In this document: positions 30,809 to 39,067 of the stretch, in pieces
Layout of the letters: every line of letters begins with the position of its first letter
How positions within the stretch are numbered: the stretch's first letter is position 1
From: Pseudobdellovibrionaceae bacterium
GTDB lineage: Bacteria; Bdellovibrionota; Bdellovibrionia; Bdellovibrionales; Bdellovibrionaceae
Direction: 5' to 3'
Assembly (NCBI GenBank): GCA_022843825.1
Contig: JALHMX010000012.1
Span: 22,185 to 86,184, forward strand
Length of the DNA stretch: 64,000 bases
Translations under genes and position numbers: made by a program
The notes under the pieces: model-generated
What the model was told of the DNA's origin: nothing
Database searches by the model: none
What the model saw: only the letters and a program-made list of their open reading frames with translations

Positions 30809-31301
30809 GAATTTTTTCTACTTCCTGAACAATGGATTCAAATGATGATTCTTGATGAGAGGATACAATGCCGTCAGAAAAGATTCGCTTAGCCGGGTCT
30901 GTTCCAAAAACTTCGAACCGAACGAATCGATTTTCATGAGCATTAAAATTTTTAACTTTAATAATCACTTCGGCCACTTCACCTTTTTGCAAAGAATCAA
31001 TGGTTCCAGCTAAAGATCCTTGAACGAGTGAGACGTTTGAGCCCAATTTCCATCGATATTGAAATGGCGAATTGTAGTTATAGGGAACTTGTACCGAAGC
31101 TTTAATAATACTTATCGCCTCTTTTTTAAATGAGAGTTTAAGATCAATCTCACGTGCGGCTTGTCCGATGTAGCTGTATTTAGTTCTCTGTAAAGTCGAC
31201 ATACCGTGCGACTCTAAATTCTTTGACGCAGAGTCAGTGCGAGATGTGCAGCCAACACTCATAAAAAACAAAATAATAATTAATTTATGGGTTAAGGACA
31301 T
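30795..31301 (-). CDS. Small lipoprotein partner protein, copy 1 (paralog of 28152-28781)
   Basis: 168 aa with lipobox MSVGC. The core FQYRWKLGSNV...GTIDSLQKGEVAEV...SFESIVQE is shared with copy 2. It overlaps both neighbouring genes. Confidence 0.7.
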   Translation of the reverse strand: MSLTHKLIIILFFMSVGCTSRTDSASKNLESHGMSTLQRTKYSYIGQAAREIDLKLSFKKEAISIIKASVQVPYNYNSPFQYRWKLGSNVSLVQGSLAGTIDSLQKGEVAEVIIKVKNFNAHENRFVRFEVFGTDPAKRIFSDGIVSSHQESSFESIVQEVEKIHADK

Positions 31302-33388
31302 AGAACCCCCAAGTTGCTGTTTATGACATAGGTATAATTAGTGTTGCTGCCAATAGTTAAGCCCGCAGTCCATGCACGTAGATCTAATAAATATTTTTGG
31401 GACTGATCTATGCCGGCTAATGAAATCGCTTTAGTGTATGGGGTACTTAATGTAGTCGCCGGTGTGCGATTCATTACGAAAACATCTGCGTTGGCACTAT
31501 TGCGGTTGGGTTGAAATGAAGTACAGGTTCCATTGGTGAAGGTTAAGCAAGTGTAGTCATCATTAAAAAAGTAACCAGGCTTGAAGAGAAGAATATCGTG
31601 ATCAGTATTTGTCCCCGCATTTTTAGTAAACTCAACTGATATCTGAGTGAGCCCAGGTAGTAAATTGAAATCAATAGTATAAAAATGATTTGAGTATCGC
31701 GGATCAGAGGCACTGTTATTAAGTGCGCCATCAGATTTGGGCTGAATTCTTAAATCACACGCAGAACCCGTAACAAGACTATTGCCATAACCGGGCCAAA
31801 CCAATGGCGATACTCCGAAAGTTCCTTCTGAAACTAAGTGTAGTGCTTCGGCTTCAGTCACGGCTTTTCGGGTAACAGTACCGACAGCCCACGATCCAGA
31901 TATTGTTTTTAGTTTTTCTAGAAATTTATCAGAGGCGATAAAAGGATTCTGATCAGAAGCTACTCCGGTAAGCCGATCAAACGACTTCCATAAGTCTTCA
32001 AAGCTGACTAGGGTGTCAGTGCATAGTGGCCCGCAGGCGTTAGCAATTTTAAAAAGTCCCCGGGATATAGCTCCCTCACGGGTGTGTCCCTCCCCCGGAA
32101 AAGAGGTTGGATTTACGCGATCAAATTCTTGTCCTGTGTAGGGCGCAAACTGATAGGCACCCGGATTGGTACCGGATCTTTTAAGATCAATCACGAAGCC
32201 ATCACCATTGCCGATATTTTGAACCGAATCAGAAAAGCCATAGGAATTAAAAAAATAGGTCCATCCAAAATTAGTGGGATTATTTTCTGTCAGCACTGAT
32301 AGCTTTTGTGTTAATGAAAAATCTAGATCACTTAACTTATTTTGAATAACCTGCGCGGCAAGAAAATTAGCCCAGCCTTCAGACCATGCAAGTCGCGGAT
32401 CAATTCGCGTAATTAGTGTATGATTTCCACCTGGAGATACCCACTGACCGCATTGATCTTCAATAAAGTGAGCGAATTCGTGGATGATAGCAAAGTCGTC
32501 ATAATGATCAGTGTTGGATAGGCTTACATCTCCCAGTTGGCCACCAGTGATAAATAATTCTTTAGTCGAGGAAACATAGTATGATGTATTGCCGAGGGTT
32601 TGCGGATCTGCGCTGGGGTATTGGTATTGTACTGGATTAAAACCTGCTTTCCAGTATACGTTTACTTTTTCTGATAAACATTTGGTATCTACGGCTCCGG
32701 TATTATTTTTTATATATTCATAAGCCGTTTGCAAAGAGTTAAGAATATTAAAAGCGCCGCCCTCAATAGTTTCGGATTCTGTTTGCCGCGCATGAGCTAC
32801 TAAACCAACAGCTACTGTAGATGTATTTGTAACACTAAAGTTGGCGATTAAAGTATGAGGCTCATTGCGGTATTTGTCTTTTTTTACCGAAATAAAAGTG
32901 TAATCAGTAGGATCTCCGTTATTAATTATATAAGACCTAGAAGTAACTCTGACTTTGTAGCTTCCAGGCGAATTAGGAATTGTTAAGGTAGAAAGACCAT
33001 CCAGCGCCTTAATGTTGCCGCTAGCATCGGTACGACCGCACTGTACTTTTTGATTTGCAGAATTGTAAACCGTAACTTCCGCAAACCTGATCGGTAGCGG
33101 AGTCGGCAAGGGGTCTCCAAGTGACATGGTTTTAAGTTTTATGTTTGGAGCCGGAGGTTCAGTAGTACCGACATTTTCAGTCGTGATATCTATGGTTCTT
33201 TTTTCAAAGTGTGCAGTTCCGATAAGGCTTACGGCATCGGCATAAACAGTTTCGGTATCACACAACACCTCTTCAACTAATACTGAAGCGTAATCATCTA
33301 TGCGGGAAGAAAAAGAGAGACCGCAACTTGTTGAAAACAAGCTGAAAACGAAAATATAAAAAACATTGCGAACGAACCCTATATTCAC
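31292..33388 (-). CDS. Lipoprotein, putative secreted zinc metallopeptidase (HExxH gluzincin-like), copy 1
   Basis: Signal peptide with a lipobox-like FSTSC, HEFAH at 32468-32482 (residues 303-307) and a LAWSEGWANFL motif. GTG start. Confidence 0.7.
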   Translation of the reverse strand: MNIGFVRNVFYIFVFSLFSTSCGLSFSSRIDDYASVLVEEVLCDTETVYADAVSLIGTAHFEKRTIDITTENVGTTEPPAPNIKLKTMSLGDPLPTPLPIRFAEVTVYNSANQKVQCGRTDASGNIKALDGLSTLTIPNSPGSYKVRVTSRSYIINNGDPTDYTFISVKKDKYRNEPHTLIANFSVTNTSTVAVGLVAHARQTESETIEGGAFNILNSLQTAYEYIKNNTGAVDTKCLSEKVNVYWKAGFNPVQYQYPSADPQTLGNTSYYVSSTKELFITGGQLGDVSLSNTDHYDDFAIIHEFAHFIEDQCGQWVSPGGNHTLITRIDPRLAWSEGWANFLAAQVIQNKLSDLDFSLTQKLSVLTENNPTNFGWTYFFNSYGFSDSVQNIGNGDGFVIDLKRSGTNPGAYQFAPYTGQEFDRVNPTSFPGEGHTREGAISRGLFKIANACGPLCTDTLVSFEDLWKSFDRLTGVASDQNPFIASDKFLEKLKTISGSWAVGTVTRKAVTEAEALHLVSEGTFGVSPLVWPGYGNSLVTGSACDLRIQPKSDGALNNSASDPRYSNHFYTIDFNLLPGLTQISVEFTKNAGTNTDHDILLFKPGYFFNDDYTCLTFTNGTCTSFQPNRNSANADVFVMNRTPATTLSTPYTKAISLAGIDQSQKYLLDLRAWTAGLTIGSNTNYTYVINSNLGVLCP

Positions 33389-33774
33389 TAGTATTTTTTC
33401 GGATTTTGGAGAGTGATGCTACAGTCTAGGAGATGGAATTTAAAAATTTAAAATCTTGTTTTGATACAGAAATTTTGTGACTCAAAATAAGTCGTTGAAA
33501 GGACAAATAAAAAAGGCTCGAAGACAACTCTGAAAGATAAACCTCTGTATGCAAGGTGGGTGACCATTATAACGACTTTAGGCTTCTCACTACTGGGTGA
33601 GCTTGCACACCATCGTCAGGGACAGTCCCCTAATGTATGCTTGTAAGGTTTATTTTCGATGAGTTTTACGTCAGCGAACCCTAATAAATATATTATATAA
33701 TAGTTTCTTAAAAAGCCATACAGGAAAACAGTTTCAGGACTCATGTTTATAGAAAAGATATCCGATTATTTGGC

Positions 33775-33981
33775 ATGATTTTTAAATTAGATTATTATTT
33801 TCCATTTTTAGTATTTTTTTATGGTCTAGTGATATTATTTGTGCTTGAAATTCCGTATCTCGTATCCTTAGCTAAAAAAGAGATGCCTAATCAGCTTATG
33901 GCCTTTGAGCGTCACAGAAAAATTGCACTTGTATCTGTCATAATTGGCGGCCTGTGGTCGTTACAAAATATCTGGTTATAA
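33775..33981 (+). CDS. Small two-TM membrane protein (hypothetical)
   Basis: 68 aa with two hydrophobic helices. Coding status rests only on ORF and hydrophobicity. Confidence 0.4.
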   Translation: MIFKLDYYFPFLVFFYGLVILFVLEIPYLVSLAKKEMPNQLMAFERHRKIALVSVIIGGLWSLQNIWL

Positions 33982-34016
33982 CTTGACTTGAAAGCCGAGC
34001 CTGCTAAGGTTTTGCC

Positions 34017-35369
34017 ATGTCTTTGGATATGGCCGATTCAGACGAAAATAAAATCACACAAAAAGTATATTCAGTTGAGCAATTGAATATGCAGATTCGC
34101 TCAATTATCGAAGGACAAATTGGTATTGTTTGGATTCAAGCAGAAATTTCTAATTTTAAACCCCATACTTCGGGACACTTTTATTTTTCATTAAAAGATT
34201 CAAAATCACAAATTTCAGCCGTGATGTTTCGCGGTCATAATTCTAAGTTGCGATTTAAACCCCATGATGGCCTAGAGGTCATTGTCCGAGGGCGGATCAC
34301 TGTTTATGAGCCTCGGGGTAGTTATCAGGTCATGTGTGAATCCATGGAGCCCGTTGGAGCAGGTGCACTTCAAAAGCAGTTTGAGCAACTTAAAGAAAAA
34401 CTAAAAGCCGAGGGTCTTTTTGATTCATCCCGAAAAAAAATTATACCTGCACATCCGCGCACAGTAGCTGTTGTAACGTCGCCCACCGGAGCGGCTATCC
34501 AGGATATTTTAAATATCATGAGCCGCAGAGCTAAAAATGTTCAGGTGGTCGTAGTGCCTAGCAATGTTCAAGGCGCCAATGCAGCTCCACAGCTATGCGA
34601 CGCCTTTAATCAAGCGCAGCGCTTACAGCCTGATGTTATTATTATTGGTCGTGGTGGTGGTTCGATAGAAGACATGTGGTGTTTTAATGATGAAAAATTA
34701 GCTCGACTAATTGCTTCTAGCTCTATTCCTGTGATTTCAGCGGTAGGACATGAAATTGATTTTACTATAGCTGACTTTGTTGCCGATCTTCGTGCGCCGA
34801 CTCCCTCTGCAGCGGCAGAGCTCGTTGCAAAAAGCTCAGCAGAAATTGAACAAAGGCTGACTCAGCTGTATAAAAATTTAAATTCGCTTATAACAACGCA
34901 GTTGAAAATAAAATTGCAAACAGTAGTTCATTTGGCCCGACAATTGACAGATCCTAAAAAGAAGCTGCAAGACCTAATGTTACGTAATGATGATTTATTT
35001 AATCGCTTAGAAAATGCCGTGAAAGTCTACGTTGGCGGATTAAATAAAGATATTCAGATATTAAAAAATAAACTTGTTTCACCTCTTCAAGTTATTCAGA
35101 AATTACGACTTAGTTTAGATCATAAAAATATACAGTTGAAAAATGCGATGGATTTAAATATTAAAAACAGAGTGTATAAAGTAGAAAGCATGATGGCGCT
35201 ATTAGATTCATTAAGCCCACTTAAAGTTGTAGAAAGAGGGTTTTCGATTACTAAAACCAAAGGCCATTTAGTTAAATCGATTACACAAGTAAAGAAAAAC
35301 GATATTATTGATATTGAAGTGCATGACGGTGTTATAGAGGCTGAAGTTATACAAACGCAAAAAGGATAA
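34017..35369 (+). CDS. xseA: Exodeoxyribonuclease VII large subunit
   Basis: N-terminal OB fold (SGHFYFSLKD) and catalytic core (VVTSPTGAA, IIGRGGGS). Followed by xseB. Confidence 0.93.
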   Translation: MSLDMADSDENKITQKVYSVEQLNMQIRSIIEGQIGIVWIQAEISNFKPHTSGHFYFSLKDSKSQISAVMFRGHNSKLRFKPHDGLEVIVRGRITVYEPRGSYQVMCESMEPVGAGALQKQFEQLKEKLKAEGLFDSSRKKIIPAHPRTVAVVTSPTGAAIQDILNIMSRRAKNVQVVVVPSNVQGANAAPQLCDAFNQAQRLQPDVIIIGRGGGSIEDMWCFNDEKLARLIASSSIPVISAVGHEIDFTIADFVADLRAPTPSAAAELVAKSSAEIEQRLTQLYKNLNSLITTQLKIKLQTVVHLARQLTDPKKKLQDLMLRNDDLFNRLENAVKVYVGGLNKDIQILKNKLVSPLQVIQKLRLSLDHKNIQLKNAMDLNIKNRVYKVESMMALLDSLSPLKVVERGFSITKTKGHLVKSITQVKKNDIIDIEVHDGVIEAEVIQTQKG

Positions 35370-35379
35370 GGAAAGTAGT

Positions 35380-35601
35380 ATGGATTTTGAGAAAAAACTT
35401 AATCGGCTAGAAGAGATTGTTCATAAAATGGAAAAAGGCGAGATGGCTTTGGATGAGTCCTTAAAATTATTTGAAGAGGGCGTCAAACTTTCGCGGGATT
35501 GTCACAAGCAGTTAACGCAAGCGGAAGCTCAAGTAAAAAAATTAGTGGGTTTCGATGCAGAAGGAAAAGCCATTACTGAAAATTTTAGAGTCGAGGAATA
35601 G
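35380..35601 (+). CDS. xseB: Exodeoxyribonuclease VII small subunit
   Basis: 73 aa; FEKKLNRLEEIV...LDESLKLFEEG is typical of XseB. Confidence 0.9.
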   Translation: MDFEKKLNRLEEIVHKMEKGEMALDESLKLFEEGVKLSRDCHKQLTQAEAQVKKLVGFDAEGKAITENFRVEE

Positions 35602-35603
35602 TC

Positions 35604-36467
35604 ATGAGACTGGCGTTGGTTGTTTCATTATTTTTTGTGGCCTTAACGTCGTGTAAAACAGTGCCGCGAAAAAGCAGTCCAACTTCGCCCGGACCTACTC
35701 GGTTTGAGGAACCACAGGAAGGTCCAGAGCCTGTTATTAGTCAGCAGATAGATACTAAGCCTGAAAAATTTGGACTTTTATTTTCAGGCGGAGGCGTTAG
35801 GACTTGGTCCTATATTACTATCTTGAAGGAAATGCAAAAATACAAAATGCCTATCGTTGCCGCTGCAGGTGTTGAGTGGGGCGCTATTGTGGCTGGTGTT
35901 TTTGCGCAAAACGTTTCTGCTAATGAAGTGGAGTGGGAACTTTCAAAATTTAAGCGTGCGGATGAATGGCTCGATTATATAAAAAAGTCACTTGAGAAAA
36001 AATCTATAGCTAAAGCTAAAATACCTTTTGCGTGTGCCTCGCTAAATCTTAGAAATCAAACTTCATATATACTTAACAAGGGCCAACTAGATGCTTTAAT
36101 ACCATTGTGTTTGCCCGCCTTAGGTGTAATTAAACCCCATAGCCAAAGTGTAGCGTCGATGGGTGACATGACTAGCTTAGTTCAGTTTTTAAAAAATACT
36201 GGTGCCACGAAAATTATTTTAATAAATGCAATTTCACCGCGATCAGGAAAGCCTCATGGCAGCGGCGTGGAGTCTGCAGAAAATCAACTGTGGATTCAGT
36301 CGGCCTCAGCACTCAATAAAAAAGCAGCGGGCGTCGATGAGATTATTGAGATTGATTTAGCCAACATACCCGTTGAAAGATTTGACCTCCGGCGCTCAGT
36401 AATGAATGCCTCAGTCCCACTGGCCAAAGACCAGCTTAAGCGAATCGCAAACAAGTACGGTTTTTAA
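35604..36467 (+). CDS. Patatin-like lipoprotein with degenerate catalytic motifs
   Basis: Lipobox LTSC and oxyanion motif SGGGVRT. The nucleophile elbow reads G-V-E-W-G (35868-35882) instead of G-x-S-x-G, and no DGG motif is visible. Confidence 0.6.
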   Translation: MRLALVVSLFFVALTSCKTVPRKSSPTSPGPTRFEEPQEGPEPVISQQIDTKPEKFGLLFSGGGVRTWSYITILKEMQKYKMPIVAAAGVEWGAIVAGVFAQNVSANEVEWELSKFKRADEWLDYIKKSLEKKSIAKAKIPFACASLNLRNQTSYILNKGQLDALIPLCLPALGVIKPHSQSVASMGDMTSLVQFLKNTGATKIILINAISPRSGKPHGSGVESAENQLWIQSASALNKKAAGVDEIIEIDLANIPVERFDLRRSVMNASVPLAKDQLKRIANKYGF

Positions 36468-37759
36468 TACTTCTTCTCTGTTAATATTTTTTTAGCATTC
36501 ACTAAATCTTCTGGTGATACATATAGACGGTCGATAGTCCGGGCATCTTCGTATTTTTGAAAAATTTGGGTTGAGGCGCTGACCGGCGCTGGTTTATCCC
36601 ACTTGTCGTATTGGTCAACGACGTAAAGTAGGTTAGCGCTTTCGGTGGCGGTAGTGTGATACTTTGAAAGTCGAATGCTGGAGTTAGTATATATATAGTC
36701 AATGTCGGCATCGGTTAGAATTTTCTGGGCGTGGCTTACACGATCAGGATCTTGGTTGTGCAATTCAGTAACTACGCGATAAGGATTGCGGTCGGCAATG
36801 CGCTTCGCCCATTTGTCTGAAACATCATCTAGATGTTCGTACAGCTTGTAATCGGTGTAAGCTATGTAGTCTTCAAGTTTCGGTGGCAAAAAGAATTTAC
36901 AGTCAGGCGAAGATAAATATCGGACGAGCATCTCATCGTAAACCACGCTTTTGTGGTGAAAGTACACCATAAGATGCATATGGTGACGAGAAATCAAAAA
37001 ATCGTCAAAAGCATACAGCGCCCTGCGATTCAGCGCTAGCTGTGCCCGATAGTTTTCGATGTGAATCGTTAAATTCTGGATCAGCCAATCGCGATCAATG
37101 TTTCCATAACTAATGCCACAAAAGTAAGAATCTCGCTCTAAGTAATCCATACGATCAGCATCCAGCTCTGAACTTACAATTTGCGTGAGAATACCGCGAT
37201 AGTCGATCTTACCATCATTAAATACGGTTTCATCACAAGGCAAATTTTTATCAATTAAACAGGCCACGTGATAAGGATCGATGTCAGGATGAAATTTTTT
37301 AATTAAACTTGCTATGTTGGAATCGGTAACAAATTTTATGGTGTAATCTTCATGGTTGGCTCGACGAGGCGATGCACCTTGTGGATAAACTGATATTTGA
37401 AGCTCGTCAACCGCAGGCATAACCTCTTCAGTGGTGTGGCTTAAAGGTCCGTGACCAATATCATGTAATAAAGCAGCAAGCTTAGTAATTTGTCGGAAGC
37501 GTAATTTATTGGAAGGCTTTTGAAAAAAATAAGCTTTAAAAATGCTATCAAAAATTTTTCCTGCATTATGACTAACGCCAATAGAATGAAGGAAGCGGTT
37601 ATGAGTTGCTCCGGGAAAGCTGAACTCTGCAAAGCCAAGCTGCTTAATTTCGCGTAGACGTTGAAATTCTACAGATTCAATAAGGGCTTCTTCGCCATCA
37701 GTTAAGAAAATTGAGCCATGAATGGGGTCACGTATTTCCATCAAAATAAAATACTTCAA
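36464..37759 (-). CDS. HD-domain phosphohydrolase (dNTP triphosphohydrolase-like family)
   Basis: HNRFLHSIGV and LLHDIGHGPLSH metal-binding motifs, with DADRMDYLERD downstream. Confidence 0.8.
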   Translation of the reverse strand: MKYFILMEIRDPIHGSIFLTDGEEALIESVEFQRLREIKQLGFAEFSFPGATHNRFLHSIGVSHNAGKIFDSIFKAYFFQKPSNKLRFRQITKLAALLHDIGHGPLSHTTEEVMPAVDELQISVYPQGASPRRANHEDYTIKFVTDSNIASLIKKFHPDIDPYHVACLIDKNLPCDETVFNDGKIDYRGILTQIVSSELDADRMDYLERDSYFCGISYGNIDRDWLIQNLTIHIENYRAQLALNRRALYAFDDFLISRHHMHLMVYFHHKSVVYDEMLVRYLSSPDCKFFLPPKLEDYIAYTDYKLYEHLDDVSDKWAKRIADRNPYRVVTELHNQDPDRVSHAQKILTDADIDYIYTNSSIRLSKYHTTATESANLLYVVDQYDKWDKPAPVSASTQIFQKYEDARTIDRLYVSPEDLVNAKKILTEKKY

Positions 37760-37989
37760 AGTGTGTCATTCAACAAACAGTATTCACCCTGACAATGAGA
37801 CACTTAATTTTAGTTTTAATAAAAGTTTAGACAATGTTTCGAAAAACTTATAGACAGAGTGTAAACGAAGCAATCACTTTTACTTAATATTTTCAATACC
37901 TTAGGCCTGATCGCCTAGTCAAAAGTCAAGAAAATCATCAAAAAACCTACGGCTTAAGTCTAGAAGTGAAACTTTATGAAACGAATGTC

Positions 37990-38016
37990 TCAAGTTTTCT
38001 CATGCTGAGCCGAAAA
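37990..38016 (+). promoter_or_regulatory. Sigma-28 (FliA)-type promoter for the first flagellin gene
   Basis: TCAAGTTT-N11-GCCGAAAA compared with the consensus TAAAGTTT-N11-GCCGATAA, about 90 nt upstream of the ATG. A strong AGGAGGAGG RBS precedes the start. Confidence 0.6.
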
Positions 38017-38106
38017 AGTGTACAAGAGTGAACCATTTGTATTTCCAGTATGGAAAAAAGATCGACAGAATATTGAAAAATATTTTGTACCTCAGGAGGA
38101 GGAAAG

Positions 38107-38943
38107 ATGGGAATGAGAGTAAGTACTAACGTGATTGCACTAAAATCGCAACAAGCGTTAGGGGTAAGTAAGAAGGGATTGGATAAGGCTATGGCTAGAT
38201 TAGCTACAGGAAACCGAATCAATAGCGCATCTGATGATGCAGTTGGCTTGGCCATTTCTGAAAATTTTAAGTCTCAAGTTAGGGGTTTAAAACAAGCCAA
38301 TAGAAATGCTCAAGATGGAATTTCTATGATTCAAATTTCTGAAGGTGGATTAAGCGAGATTAATAATATGCTCATTCGTTTGCGCGAATTAGCAATACAG
38401 AGTGCCAGTGATACTTTAGGTGATCAAGAACGCAGATTGGTTAATGAAGAGTATCAAGAAGTGTTAGGTGAAGTCGATCGAATCGCAGCAACGACTGAAT
38501 ATAATGGGACACCATTATTATCAGGGTTTGGGGAACGAATTGATTTTCAAGTGAACACTAAGAATTCTGATGAATTGGATCGAGTTTCATATGATCCAGT
38601 AGATTCAGACTCAAGCACTATAGCTTTAGGAATTAATTTTTGTAGCGTGGCTACAAAAAAAGATGCGCAGGACTCTCTGGGCCTTATTGACGGGGCCATG
38701 AATCATATCAACGCCGTAAGGTCTGGTATGGGAGCGATGCAAAGCCGACTAAATTCAGCTGTTGAAAGTTTATATAACAGTGTGGAAAATATTTCGGCTG
38801 CAAATTCCAGAATTCGCGATGCTGATATAGCAGAAGAGAGTTCAGAGTTTGCAAAGAATAACGTGCTTATGCAGTCGGGGACCGCCATATTAGCGCAAGC
38901 TAATCAGCAAAACCAACTGGCGTTGGAGTTACTAAGAAATTAG
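38107..38943 (+). CDS. fliC: Flagellin
   Basis: Conserved flagellin N-terminus (RVSTNVIALKSQ...LATGNRINSASDDA) and C-terminus (SRIRDADIAEESSEF...AQANQ). 278 aa. Confidence 0.95.
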   Translation: MGMRVSTNVIALKSQQALGVSKKGLDKAMARLATGNRINSASDDAVGLAISENFKSQVRGLKQANRNAQDGISMIQISEGGLSEINNMLIRLRELAIQSASDTLGDQERRLVNEEYQEVLGEVDRIAATTEYNGTPLLSGFGERIDFQVNTKNSDELDRVSYDPVDSDSSTIALGINFCSVATKKDAQDSLGLIDGAMNHINAVRSGMGAMQSRLNSAVESLYNSVENISAANSRIRDADIAEESSEFAKNNVLMQSGTAILAQANQQNQLALELLRN

Positions 38944-39067
38944 TTATTACAAATATGATTTTTGTAACAGCTGATGGAACAAAGTTTTAGTTATTAAACA
39001 GAAGGAAAGGATTCCTTTTGGACCAAGGAAAGGGCAGATCAGGATGATTAACAAACAAGGAGGATAA

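Noticed and set aside
33491-33660. Possible known ncRNA (SRP RNA, 6S, tmRNA, c-di-GMP/other riboswitch) in the long intergenic region
   Set aside because: None of the conserved cores I know appear on either strand. These include the SRP GGAAGCAGCC-type motif, a tmRNA tag ORF with a CCA end, GEMM GGCAAA/GCAAAGCC, and the TPP, B12 and glycine boxes. It is kept only as an unclassified candidate.
35604-37759. Patatin-like plus HD-domain gene pair as a possible anti-phage defence module
   Set aside because: The genes are convergent rather than co-oriented, the patatin-like protein is an exported lipoprotein with degenerate catalytic residues, and no other defence-type genes are adjacent.
38975-38990. 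Sigma-54-like TGGAAC-N5-TTTA upstream of the second flagellin
   Set aside because: The -12 element lacks the conserved GC (TTGC), so the match is too weak to call.
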